This document shows, piece after piece, positions 18,436 to 26,644 of a DNA stretch of 32,909 nt. The notes under the pieces were generated by a model. It made no database searches. It saw only the letters and a program-made list of their open reading frames with translations, and was not told the origin of the DNA. A program made the translations under genes and the position numbers. Position 1 is the first letter of the stretch; each line of letters starts with the position of its first letter. Origin of the DNA: a virus (lineage: Duplodnaviria; Caudoviricetes); IMG/VR virus record IMGVR_UViG_3300048848_000262, positions 1 to 32,909 of that record; one strand, written 5' to 3'.

Positions 18436-18612
18436 CTATATCTTCGGCTTATTCACAATCCGGTCACCAACTACTCTGTCGGCATCCGAATGACCGAAAA
18501 GAACAACCTGCGCAGCATAACGCAATACGGACGCCTTTTCCTCATTTGAGTGAGCGTCAGCCTGATCCATCAGCCTATTGTAAGCCACTTCAAGCGCTTG
18601 GTCCGCGGTCAT
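18436..18612 (-). CDS. 58-aa hypothetical protein (not in the ORF track)
   Basis: ATGA overlap with the NusG-like stop: MTADQALEVAYNRLMDQADAHSNEEKASVLRYAAQVVLFGHSDADRVVGDRIVNKPKI. Confidence 0.55.
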   Translation of the reverse strand: MTADQALEVAYNRLMDQADAHSNEEKASVLRYAAQVVLFGHSDADRVVGDRIVNKPKI

Positions 18613-19202
18613 GCTGCGGCTCCTTCCTGCAGATCGAACTGCGACACGGTGTAAGCCATATGGCCGGTCATCACCTTGACCATACTGCCGCCCTTCTTCT
18701 GCATCATCAGGCCATAAATCTCCTGGCCGAATTTGGTCGTGAAGCGCACAGCTTTACCCTCCTTGAACTCGACGGCAGGCTTCCGCTCCGACTTCGGCAG
18801 CAGCGCGAGCCGAAAGGCCTCGAAGTTCACCTCGTCGGCTGTTCGCAGATCCTGCACCTCGGCCTCCGTGAGAACGCCATACCGCTCCTGGCCATCGCCG
18901 ACGATCACCATCTGGAATCCCCAGACGTGGGGGACGGCTTTGATCCCATCACGATCCGGCTCGGCATCGAACTTGGCGAACACATAGCCTGGGATGAAAG
19001 CCTTTGGCGTCGGCTCGGTCGAGAAGATCGCACGGCCCTGCTGGTCCCGCCGGCCGGTGCGGCGCCGATAGTAATCAGCGGGGCACATCGCCTCGAACCG
19101 CCGGTCTGTCATGGCAGCCACGACTGAGAACTCCCTTCCCGGCTCTACGCGCACGATATGCCAACCCGAATAGACCCGCTTTGCTGCCGCGCTCATTTCC
19201 AT
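18609..19202 (-). CDS. NusG-family transcription antiterminator (late regulator, Q position)
   Basis: NGN motifs WHIVRVEPGRE and FIPGYVF, plus a KOW-like FKEGKAVRFT C-terminus. Confidence 0.85.
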   Translation of the reverse strand: MEMSAAAKRVYSGWHIVRVEPGREFSVVAAMTDRRFEAMCPADYYRRRTGRRDQQGRAIFSTEPTPKAFIPGYVFAKFDAEPDRDGIKAVPHVWGFQMVIVGDGQERYGVLTEAEVQDLRTADEVNFEAFRLALLPKSERKPAVEFKEGKAVRFTTKFGQEIYGLMMQKKGGSMVKVMTGHMAYTVSQFDLQEGAAA

Positions 19203-19238
19203 GCTTCCTATCTTCGAGAATTTAGACTGACGCGGCTG

Positions 19239-19523
19239 CTACTTGATCCAGAACGGCTTGGGGAAGCCGCCCGTCATGACCGTGGTCGGAGGCGGCGGCG
19301 GAGGCACATTCCGCTGGCGCGCTCCCATCGTTGGGTTCACCGGCGGCATCGGCATCACACACGGCTGAGATGGAAGCACAGCCATGCTGACCTCCTTCCG
19401 CCACTCGCGGCGGCCGTCACGGTGCTCGTAAAGCCGCTGCAGTCTGACGCGAAACCAACCCTGAACTAGCCGCGTTTCAGCAGTGGGTCGCCAACCGCTC
19501 ATCATGAATGGCATGCCGGGCAT
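19239..19523 (-). CDS. Proline-rich hypothetical protein
   Basis: ATG at 19523 overlaps the replication gene stop (TAATG); contains VPPPPPP. Confidence 0.55.
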   Translation of the reverse strand: MPGMPFMMSGWRPTAETRLVQGWFRVRLQRLYEHRDGRREWRKEVSMAVLPSQPCVMPMPPVNPTMGARQRNVPPPPPPTTVMTGGFPKPFWIK

Positions 19524-20437
19524 TAAGCTGCATCCTCTGCTGATGGGGGAATACGTTCGCCGAAGTCGTTGAACTCGGGCGGGAAGAGCGTGGGGCATTT
19601 CGCTGCCCGCTCGTAGACGGTGCCGTCCTTGCCGACCTGCACGCAAAGGAACAGCGGACGCTCGCCACGTTCCTTGCGGATGATGTTGTGGCAGGTATGC
19701 TCCAGCGTCCCCTCGACGACGATGAACCAGTTGCTGCGATCGACCTCGGGCTCAGCCCTCACCAGCGTCGGCACCTTGGCGTGGTCTTCAGCGATCGCAG
19801 CGTCGAAATAGTCGAGGGTTGAGATCGCACGGCCTCGCTTCAGCACCCGGTCGATGGCCCCAAGGACAGTTCCCTGTGCGTAGCCCTGCTGCAGCCACAG
19901 CGACAGCCGGGTGAGCGGCGGAACGGGCATGCAACGGGTGGAGAAAGCCAGCCCGACGCTCACGGTCAGTGCTGCGAGCTTCCTTCCAAATTCCTCATCA
20001 ATCGGGGCGCCGGCGTCTGCTCTGCTCTGCTCTGATTCTGTCTTTGTTTCTGCTTCTGCTTCTGGGGCCGTTACATGCAACGGTGATGTAACGTTACACT
20101 CCTGTTTCGTTGTAACGTTACGTTTTCCATCCCTGTGCTTCCTGACCCGGTCGTTCGACGTGTCGCTCTTGAACTGCCGACCTTCCCAGTTGTGAGGGAC
20201 GAAGGCACCATCGACGTTGTCGATCAGCTTGGCCTTGACCAGCTTGGTGACGAACTCGGCAGCCTTTGCCTCGGGGACGCGCAACATGAGTGCGATGTCC
20301 TCGTTCGACGGCAGCTTGCCACCATTCTTCGACGCCACGCACAGCATCGCCAGCCACTGCCAGCGCAACGTTTCCGGCAGCTTCAGCAGCTTCGGATCGT
20401 TAATGACATCGTCGTAAACCCGAAACCAGCGTGACAT
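19523..20437 (-). CDS. Phage replication initiator (O-like)
   Basis: SRWFRVYDDVINDPKLLKL...HNWEGRQFKSDTSNDRVRKHR N-terminus; internal iterons followed by an AG-rich EAEAETKTESEQSR linker. Confidence 0.85.
   Translation of the reverse strand: MSRWFRVYDDVINDPKLLKLPETLRWQWLAMLCVASKNGGKLPSNEDIALMLRVPEAKAAEFVTKLVKAKLIDNVDGAFVPHNWEGRQFKSDTSNDRVRKHRDGKRNVTTKQECNVTSPLHVTAPEAEAETKTESEQSRADAGAPIDEEFGRKLAALTVSVGLAFSTRCMPVPPLTRLSLWLQQGYAQGTVLGAIDRVLKRGRAISTLDYFDAAIAEDHAKVPTLVRAEPEVDRSNWFIVVEGTLEHTCHNIIRKERGERPLFLCVQVGKDGTVYERAAKCPTLFPPEFNDFGERIPPSAEDAA
20068..20121. repeat. Iterons within the initiator gene (probable origin)
   Basis: TGTAACGTTAC at 20087 and 20111, plus a half site CCGTTACA at 20068. 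Confidence 0.8.
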
Positions 20438-20463
20438 CGTAGGAATTCCATTTGTGCGGAGGA

Positions 20464-20498
20464 TGTAACGTTACGGTGCCGTTACGGTGTAACGTTAC
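20464..20498. repeat. Second iteron cluster upstream of the initiator start
   Basis: TGTAACGTTAC at 20464 and 20488 with a CGTTAC half site between them. Confidence 0.8.
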
Positions 20499-20499
20499 G

Positions 20500-20772
20500 T
20501 CAGAGCATCCCGAGCGCGCTGAGGTATGTCTCCAGGATCGTCTCCTGCTCGGCGCGGTCATTGGCATCCTGCTTGCGCATGCGGATGATGGTGCGCAGGG
20601 CTTTCACGTCGTAGCCGTTGCCCTTTGCTTCGCCGTAGATGTCCTTGATGTCGTCGGAGATGACCTTCTTCTCCTCCTCGCAGCGCTCTATCCGCTCCAC
20701 GATCGCCTTCAGCTGATCCTTGGCGAAGCTGTGGGTGGCCTGGTCGTCGATGCCGGTGTTATTGCTGGCCAT
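20500..20772 (-). CDS. gapR: GapR-like (DUF2312/UPF0335) nucleoid-associated protein
   Basis: ATG at 20772 after [56 protein letters not shown]...[11 protein letters not shown]. Confidence 0.9.
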   Translation of the reverse strand: MASNNTGIDDQATHSFAKDQLKAIVERIERCEEEKKVISDDIKDIYGEAKGNGYDVKALRTIIRMRKQDANDRAEQETILETYLSALGML

Positions 20773-20821
20773 GCCAGTCCCTCCCCTTGGCGAGACGTTT
20801 GGTCTCTGCGATAGGTGCCTC

Positions 20822-21052
20822 ATGAGTAAAAAACGCATCTCCGCGGACGACCTGACTTTTCTGATCGTCGAACGGCTCAGGCAAAACGATCCGATTGCCA
20901 CGCCCCATATGGCGATCGCCGTAGTCCCTCACAGGACACTCGGCTGGTCCGTCGCGATTTCTCGCAGGGCTACGAAAAAGCGCGCGGGTTTCGTTGAGCA
21001 AATCAACCGCATACAAGCCGAGTTGCGGAAGCACTATTCGTTGGAAGACTGA
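20822..21052 (+). CDS. Small hypothetical protein, opposite-strand insertion
   Basis: ATG at 20822 after AGGTG: [19 protein letters not shown]...[14 protein letters not shown]. Fits exactly in the gap between two minus-strand genes. Confidence 0.72.
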   Translation: MSKKRISADDLTFLIVERLRQNDPIATPHMAIAVVPHRTLGWSVAISRRATKKRAGFVEQINRIQAELRKHYSLED

Positions 21053-21061
21053 CGCCATCCC

Positions 21062-21577
21062 TCAGCCCTCCCCTTGAACGGCTGGCGCGGGCGACACGTC
21101 GAGCGGGTGTGAGGACAGCACTTCGTCGCCGTCGTCGCGCATGTAGAAGACAGCGCCATTGCCAATGAGTGGATGATAGACACGCGTTACAGTCCGGCCT
21201 GAGACCACGATGCGATCACCATGGCCCGGCGTCTCAGCAACCCGGCGAACGCGGGACATAGTCAGGAATTCGCCAAACGACTTGCTGCTGCCGGCGGCGC
21301 TCGTCCAATCGCTATAGGCGCGCGCTCGGGCCTTGCCGGGCGACCTGGCGGAATACTTCGCCTCACCCCAGCCGTCGACGCTCACCTCGTAGATGCGGAC
21401 CGGCTTCACCTTCGGCTTCGGCAATGCGCCCAGCATGTCGGCAATGCGCGTGCACGCCTCAGCATTCGTCACGTTCGCCCAAAACGCGCGATCTTCGCCG
21501 TCAGTCGGGCGGTTGCCGAAGTATCTCGCAGCCTCGCGCAGGAATTTTACGGCATCATCTGTCGTGATCGGGATCAT
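21062..21577 (-). CDS. Hypothetical phage protein
   Basis: ATG at 21577 in an ATGA overlap: MIPITTDDAVKFLREAARYF. Confidence 0.72.
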   Translation of the reverse strand: MIPITTDDAVKFLREAARYFGNRPTDGEDRAFWANVTNAEACTRIADMLGALPKPKVKPVRIYEVSVDGWGEAKYSARSPGKARARAYSDWTSAAGSSKSFGEFLTMSRVRRVAETPGHGDRIVVSGRTVTRVYHPLIGNGAVFYMRDDGDEVLSSHPLDVSPAPAVQGEG

Positions 21578-21762
21578 GGGTTGGCACTCCGCCCGTCGGT
21601 GACGGCTACACGATGCCATTCGCTCTCGTGTTCTCGTTCCGTTTCACATGAAACGTCGCCGAGCCGCGAACTAACAAACTGCACCACCTCCGCAATGATG
21701 TGTAGTTCGCCATTGATCATGCGTCCGATCACCTTGCGCTGCTTCTTTGCTGCCTGGGTCAT
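21574..21762 (-). CDS. Small hypothetical protein
   Basis: ATGA overlaps at both ends; SD GGAGG. Confidence 0.6.
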   Translation of the reverse strand: MTQAAKKQRKVIGRMINGELHIIAEVVQFVSSRLGDVSCETEREHESEWHRVAVTDGRSANP

Positions 21763-21965
21763 GATGCCTCCGCACGGGCTGGCTTTGAGGACGTGTGCGC
21801 GGCCATGCGTAGGTCGGTGATCGGGTCTTCAGCCTTGAGGCCGGCGCGCCAGATGTACTTGACGGCGTTGCCGAGGTTGAAATTCATGTGCTCGGTGATC
21901 TGGATGCACTCAATGCCCGAGCCGTGGGCGTTGTAGTGCTGCGGATGATTGACCGCGTCGCTCAT
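21759..21965 (-). CDS. DUF3310 (T7 gp1.7/SaV-like) protein, C-terminus possibly degenerate
   Basis: DAVNHPQHY...IECI...FNLGNAVKYIWRAGLK...DLR; the usual KA.WY tail is missing. Confidence 0.85.
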   Translation of the reverse strand: MSDAVNHPQHYNAHGSGIECIQITEHMNFNLGNAVKYIWRAGLKAEDPITDLRMAAHTSSKPARAEAS

Positions 21966-22270
21966 GCTGGCTCTCCCATGAGATCGACCAGCGCGCCGAT
22001 GGGGCCCGAGGGCGCGCCGTCAGCATTGCGGGTGAGCGCGTGGCCAATGACGTCCAGCGGCACGCCGTATTGCAGCGCCAGGCTGAGCAGCACCGCGCTG
22101 TCCCGCGCCAGCGTCTCCGACTGACCGCCGGTCTTCCCGCAGTTGATGAACACCTCAGAGATCGGGGCGCGCGGCGTAGCCCGGCCGATGCCGGCGACAT
22201 ACTGCATGCCCCAGTGCTCAAAGCTGACGGTCTCGTGCGATCGGCGGTTCGGTAATGGCGTTCGGTTCAT
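21962..22270 (-). CDS. Stand-alone domain resembling the class II ribonucleotide reductase C-terminal (TSCPD-like) region
   Basis: R..LPNRR...EVFINCGKTG...LLSLALQYGVPL. Confidence 0.7.
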   Translation of the reverse strand: MNRTPLPNRRSHETVSFEHWGMQYVAGIGRATPRAPISEVFINCGKTGGQSETLARDSAVLLSLALQYGVPLDVIGHALTRNADGAPSGPIGALVDLMGEPA

Positions 22271-22311
22271 GCCGGGCCCCTCGCTTCGTTTCTCGTGCTG
22301 TGCTTGCTCAT
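22267..22311 (-). CDS. 14-aa bridging mini-ORF (MSKHSTRNEARGPA)
   Basis: ATGA overlap with the MTase stop and ATGA overlap with the next gene start; preceded by GGAGG. Confidence 0.45.
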   Translation of the reverse strand: MSKHSTRNEARGPA

Positions 22312-23657
22312 GAGGCCTCCAGACCGGAGAAGAGTGAGCCGGCCTCGAATGGCACAGATCCCAGCTTCGCCTTGATGGACTCGCGCTTGCGCTCTTCCGG
22401 GCCCGACATCACAAGCGCCATGCGGCGGCGGATGTCGGCCTGGTATTCGGTTTCGCGCTCGATAAGGACCGCGTTGAAGCCTTCGCGGAATGCAGCCTCA
22501 CCGGTGGTGCCGGTGCCGGCAAACGGATCCAGCACCGTTCCGCCCCTTGGCGTCACAAGCCGGCAGAGCCACTGCATGAGATCAACGGGCTTGACCGTCG
22601 GATGCTTGGAGCCGAGCCGATCGTTGGCGTCAGCCTTCGCCGTGTAAAAGAAACGCGCCGCCGAAGTGGAATCTCCGGGGTATTCGATGCCCTTGTGGTT
22701 CGTCCCGCCTTGGCCAGGCAGTGTGGATTCGGCGTTGGACCAGCGCTCCTTGCTCGCATCGGAGCGAACGCCCGTAACCGTTGTCTCCGGGAACGCTGCC
22801 AGCACTTCGGCGCTGCCATCGTGGATGACGTTGGCAGGCCAGCGACCGATAGGCTGAACAAACTCGCCGGCGCCACCATTGCGCATCCGCCAGTTTTCGG
22901 TGCCGTCGTGACGATTACCGCCCCCGTAACCGCCGCCGTCCAGGTTTTCATCGGTCCCAACGCGACAGCCATTGATATTGATGGCGCCAGTCCCATGCTC
23001 GAGCACGTTGCGGGCAACAGTGCCCACCAAAGGCTTGCGAGCGAGACAGATGGGTTCGACGGCTGGCTTGAGGGCGGTGCCCCAGCCCTGCCACTGAATA
23101 GCTTCCTGCGTTATTGGATCGCCCTTCTCGCCCCGAATATACTCGGCGCCCTTCGCAACTTGTTCCGCAATCTTGACCTCCCCGGCTCGTCCTCGCCAAT
23201 GCCCGGCCTTCTTGTCGAGTTCTTTGCTGACGTCATGGCTTTTCGGAAAACCCGAGCCGTAAAGCCATTGCAGGCTATCTCGGATTTCGAAGCCGGCATC
23301 CTCGATTGCGCAGACCATGCGATGCACGGTTCGCGTACCGGAAAACGCGACGACATGGCCGCCGGGCTTCAGCACGCGCAAACATTCCGCCCAGAATGTT
23401 GCGGCAAACGCCGTCTCGCCAGTATCCCACGTCTTGCCCATGAAGCCGGCCGAGGCGCGCGCATAGGCGCCGCTACCGCCTTCTGGCACCCTTACCGGCG
23501 CCCCGCCTGCGCCGAACCGCTTGACGATCGACACCAACGCATAGGGCGGATCACAGACCACGCTGTCGATCGAGCAGTCCGGAATGCCCTTGAGCACTTC
23601 CCGGCTGTCGCCGCAGTGCAGGGTCACCCGGCCATTGAGAAACGTTTCGACCGTCAT
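22308..23657 (-). CDS. Orphan DNA amino-methyltransferase (N6-A/N4-C, beta-class motif order)
   Basis: ATG at 23657. DSVVCDPPY precedes HPTVKP and VLDPFAGTGTTG. Confidence 0.93.
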   Translation of the reverse strand: MTVETFLNGRVTLHCGDSREVLKGIPDCSIDSVVCDPPYALVSIVKRFGAGGAPVRVPEGGSGAYARASAGFMGKTWDTGETAFAATFWAECLRVLKPGGHVVAFSGTRTVHRMVCAIEDAGFEIRDSLQWLYGSGFPKSHDVSKELDKKAGHWRGRAGEVKIAEQVAKGAEYIRGEKGDPITQEAIQWQGWGTALKPAVEPICLARKPLVGTVARNVLEHGTGAININGCRVGTDENLDGGGYGGGNRHDGTENWRMRNGGAGEFVQPIGRWPANVIHDGSAEVLAAFPETTVTGVRSDASKERWSNAESTLPGQGGTNHKGIEYPGDSTSAARFFYTAKADANDRLGSKHPTVKPVDLMQWLCRLVTPRGGTVLDPFAGTGTTGEAAFREGFNAVLIERETEYQADIRRRMALVMSGPEERKRESIKAKLGSVPFEAGSLFSGLEAS

Positions 23658-24664
23658 GCAGACACCTGCGGAAAGCCGTTGTGCTCGATGCCGTCGAGGA
23701 GACGGCCGGCGATCTTCTTGCCGACCTTCGTGTAACGGACGTGGTTCGTGGCACCGTCGCCCCAAGCCACGGCCTGATTTGGCGCCAAGTCGGCCATCTC
23801 AACTTCGGTGCCGGCGACGGTTTCGGAGATCCATTCGCCGTTCTGCTTGAAATGGAAGGCCGTTCCGGCTGCTGCGCACTGATCGCGCAACGCCCGAATC
23901 CAATCGGGATGCGTCGGCCGCGCTTTGTGCTTGCCCTGGTCAGTTTCGCCGCCGGCAATCACCCAGTCTATTTTCGGTGCCTGGCCAGCTTCGTATGCGC
24001 CGTCAATCGTGCCGCTGGCGTCGTCAAAAACCTCGCCAGTCAACGCGTTAACGTAGTGACGCCAAGCCGCAGGCTCCCCGGCAACGCGAACCGTGACGCG
24101 CTCCAGATCGATCCCGCCAAGCAGCGGCTCGCAGGACAGGAAGGCGAAGGCTGGCCCCAGATCATATTTTGCATCCAACAGAGCCGGGATATTGAGGTCT
24201 GCGCGCTCCTGATCCTCAACCGTCGTGCCGATCGCGGCATTCGACGGCAAATACCGAGTGCCATTGCCAGCAACGCAGCCTGATTGCTTGACCATCTTCA
24301 CGATGTTCTGCGGGCGTTTCGTCAGCAGCAGCCAAACCAAGTTCGGCGTGGCTTGGATGAGATTGAACAGGTCATGGCGCCATTCCAGCGGCACCTGATT
24401 GTCGAACACGTCGGCAAGGCTGCCGCAGAACACGCGCGGGCGTGTGCCGGCAGCCTTGGCTTCCTTGTCCCAGCGGATCGGCTGCTTCCAGTTCGACGGC
24501 GCCGTGCGGACGCGATCGCCATGCGGGCCCCACTTCACCTTGCCATAGCGGTGGTCCATCATGGCTTCGGCGTAGCAGCCGTCACAGGCCGGGCTTACTT
24601 TCGTGCAGCCCATCCACGGATTGAACGTGTGATCCGTCCATTCGATCTTGCTGTTCTCGCCCAT
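23654..24664 (-). CDS. DUF5131 / phage Gp37Gp68 family protein (three-Cys motif)
   Basis: SKIEWTDHTFNPWMGCTKVSPACDGCYA, LLLTKRP, FLSCEPLLG, WVIAGGE, FHFKQ.GE. Confidence 0.92.
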   Translation of the reverse strand: MGENSKIEWTDHTFNPWMGCTKVSPACDGCYAEAMMDHRYGKVKWGPHGDRVRTAPSNWKQPIRWDKEAKAAGTRPRVFCGSLADVFDNQVPLEWRHDLFNLIQATPNLVWLLLTKRPQNIVKMVKQSGCVAGNGTRYLPSNAAIGTTVEDQERADLNIPALLDAKYDLGPAFAFLSCEPLLGGIDLERVTVRVAGEPAAWRHYVNALTGEVFDDASGTIDGAYEAGQAPKIDWVIAGGETDQGKHKARPTHPDWIRALRDQCAAAGTAFHFKQNGEWISETVAGTEVEMADLAPNQAVAWGDGATNHVRYTKVGKKIAGRLLDGIEHNGFPQVSA

Positions 24665-24828
24665 CAGAAGCGCTCCTCAGCAGCCGCACGAAACACCATC
24701 CCCGCCTCCTCCCGCCGCTCAGCAGCCATAGCCGCGGCCTGGCGCTTGCGGCGCTGGCGTCGTTTCCAGTTCTCGTGCTTGGGGTTTTCAGCCGGGCGGA
24801 CGGCGGTTGTTTTGATGTGCTTGGTCAT
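24664..24828 (-). CDS. 54-aa arginine-rich protein (not in the ORF track)
   Basis: TGATG overlaps at both ends: MTKHIKTTAVRPAENPKHENWKRRQRRKRQAAAMAAERREEAGMVFRAAAEERF. Confidence 0.7.
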   Translation of the reverse strand: MTKHIKTTAVRPAENPKHENWKRRQRRKRQAAAMAAERREEAGMVFRAAAEERF

Positions 24829-25223
24829 CAGACGGACATCTCCGCTGTGTTGCTCAAAGCTGTGGCCAGCATGGCGCGCAATTGCGATTTGCTCTGCTCG
24901 CCAATCTTCGGCAGCTGGTTTCGATACTCCGGCGATGTCTTGCTGACCGGCGGCAGCCCGGCGGCCTTGCGAGTCTCGGCAACCACCTTGTGCTTATGCT
25001 TTTGCTTCGTCGCCCTGATGCGGGTCCGTTCGCGCTCCAGGAACGCCGTACGCTCCTCGGCTGTGTGCCGGGCGATAGTCACTCCGTAGAAGGCCGCTGC
25101 CGAAACGACGCTGTTGACGCTGACACCGAGCGCGGTAGCGACTTGGGAGTGAGCGACGCCTTCTGCGGCCAGGCTGCGCATCTGCTCGATCGTTGTCTCG
25201 TTCCAAAATGAACCGCGGCGCAT
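24828..25223 (-). CDS. HTH protein with GcrA-like N-terminus
   Basis: WNETTIEQMRSLAAEGVAHSQVATALGVSVNSVVS resembles GcrA W..ER...L..L..EG.S.SQIA..LGVTRNAV.G. Confidence 0.6.
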   Translation of the reverse strand: MRRGSFWNETTIEQMRSLAAEGVAHSQVATALGVSVNSVVSAAAFYGVTIARHTAEERTAFLERERTRIRATKQKHKHKVVAETRKAAGLPPVSKTSPEYRNQLPKIGEQSKSQLRAMLATALSNTAEMSV

Positions 25224-25819
25224 CAGATTCCAGCCCCCGATGAAATTCTTGCTTTGAGATAGCTGACCCGGTCGGCGACAGCTGGGTCCGCTTCGACCAT
25301 TGCCGCGATCTTCCTCACGGCATGGATTGCCGTGGTGTGGTCTCGATTGCCGAAGCGCCGGGCGATTTCAGGAAGCGACCGCGGTGTCATCTGGCGCGCG
25401 AGATACATGGCGATCTGGCGAGGGAGAACGATGTCTTTCGTCCGCCGCGGCGAGATCAGGTCCATGCGGGTGACGCCGTATTCTCGCGCTATCGCCCGCT
25501 GCACACGATCGATCGAAATGACCGGCGCGGGGTCAACTGCTGCACCCAGATCCAGCGCAGCGTCTGCCGAGACGAACACCGCATTGCATTCGACGGGAAC
25601 GATCTCGACTGGCAGCGCTGTCGCTTGGTCTTGAGAGATTGGAATGATGACAGCTGAAACGGCGGGCTCTGTGATCGCCTCGGAGGCCGACGCAGCACCG
25701 ATGCGCTGCGCAAGATCAGCGGCCCGCTTCAGGATGGCCACCTCGAAGGACCGCTTTTGCTTGCGGGCATCGATCTGCGAAGGCGTTTGTCCAGCGCGCG
25801 GATTATGGAGAACGCTCAT
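25223..25819 (-). CDS. DnaA C-terminal (domain IV, DNA-binding) domain protein
   Basis: ATG at 25819. DLISPRRTKDIVLPRQIAMYLARQMTPRSLPEIARRFGNRDHTTAIHAVRKI; no AAA+ domain. Confidence 0.92.
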   Translation of the reverse strand: MSVLHNPRAGQTPSQIDARKQKRSFEVAILKRAADLAQRIGAASASEAITEPAVSAVIIPISQDQATALPVEIVPVECNAVFVSADAALDLGAAVDPAPVISIDRVQRAIAREYGVTRMDLISPRRTKDIVLPRQIAMYLARQMTPRSLPEIARRFGNRDHTTAIHAVRKIAAMVEADPAVADRVSYLKARISSGAGI

Positions 25820-25823
25820 ACCC

Positions 25824-26069
25824 TCACCCCTTATTCCGATTGCCGACGTGCCAAAGACGGCAGTGCGGACAGCGATATGAACTGAGACCTGCAAGGCGAC
25901 GGGCGGCGACATCGGCCATAGACTTGGCCTCGAAACCGGACTTACCCTTGCAGGCGCTATCGGATGTGCCGACGCCGTTAACCTGGCGCCGGCGGATCGG
26001 CACCACGCGCGGCTCTGCGATGATGTCGTCAGCGTTGTTGAGTTCTATTCTCGTCACCGCTGGAGCCAT
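25824..26069 (-). CDS. Small putative Zn-finger protein
   Basis: CKGKSGF...YRCPHCRLWHVG; SD GAGG. Confidence 0.7.
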   Translation of the reverse strand: MAPAVTRIELNNADDIIAEPRVVPIRRRQVNGVGTSDSACKGKSGFEAKSMADVAARRLAGLSSYRCPHCRLWHVGNRNKG

Positions 26070-26074
26070 GGTGA

Positions 26075-26440
26075 TCAGCCTCTTCCGCCGGCGGCGCGAC
26101 GCGTTTCGCTAACCACACGAAGCCTTGCGCTATCGCCAGAAGCCACTGGCTGGCCGAAGTCCTGATCAGATCCAGCAACGACCGCCTTAAGCTTGGCGAT
26201 CTCGACTTCGAGTTCATGAATTGCATTCCAGACCGCCCTTGCTCTCTTTTTGCTGAGCGCGTCCGCAATCCGCGCGAGTTCGTCGGGTTTGATCTGGCGC
26301 GCCTTGCCGTACCAGATGTCTCCGGCGCGGGTGGCAGTCAGTCCGACATGCGGCGCAATGCGAGCGATCACGTCCTTGACGAATTCGCCAGGGCGCCACG
26401 GCTGCGAGAACTCTTTCAGCATGATCGATGCGTCCGTCAT
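26075..26440 (-). CDS. CII-position HTH regulator
   Basis: ATG at 26440 after GGGAGG. IARIAPHVGLTATRAGDIWYGKARQI HTH followed by a coiled coil. Confidence 0.7.
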   Translation of the reverse strand: MTDASIMLKEFSQPWRPGEFVKDVIARIAPHVGLTATRAGDIWYGKARQIKPDELARIADALSKKRARAVWNAIHELEVEIAKLKAVVAGSDQDFGQPVASGDSARLRVVSETRRAAGGRG

Positions 26441-26447
26441 GCGAACC

Positions 26448-26504
26448 TCCCAAGGAATTGGGACCGATCCGGATTTTGGGAGGCGATTGGGAGTGCCCTC
26501 CCAA
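26448..26504. repeat. Five TTGGGA hexamers (direct and inverted), probable regulator binding sites
   Basis: TCCCAA at 26448 and 26499; TTGGGA at 26458, 26476 and 26487. Confidence 0.7.
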
Positions 26505-26644
26505 GCCGGTACGCGCACAAATTCAGCATGGACTTCTCCTTCAAATTTCAGGTGGTTGGGATGAACGCGGTGGAAGACGGCTTCGAAATGATCCTGCTCG
26601 CAGCAGCCACGAGAAACGTGGTCGCGTTCTTGCTGGAGACGTCC

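Noticed and set aside
18084-19127. 347-aa plus-strand ORF
   Set aside because: Antisense to the NusG-like gene and two small genes; no recognisable domain.
19222-19404. 60-aa alternative ORF upstream of the NusG-like gene
   Set aside because: Overlaps the Pro-rich ORF, which has the better coupled start (TAATG at 19523).
22308-23657. Restriction-modification system, or calling the MTase CcrM
   Set aside because: No adjacent restriction endonuclease, and target specificity cannot be read from the sequence.
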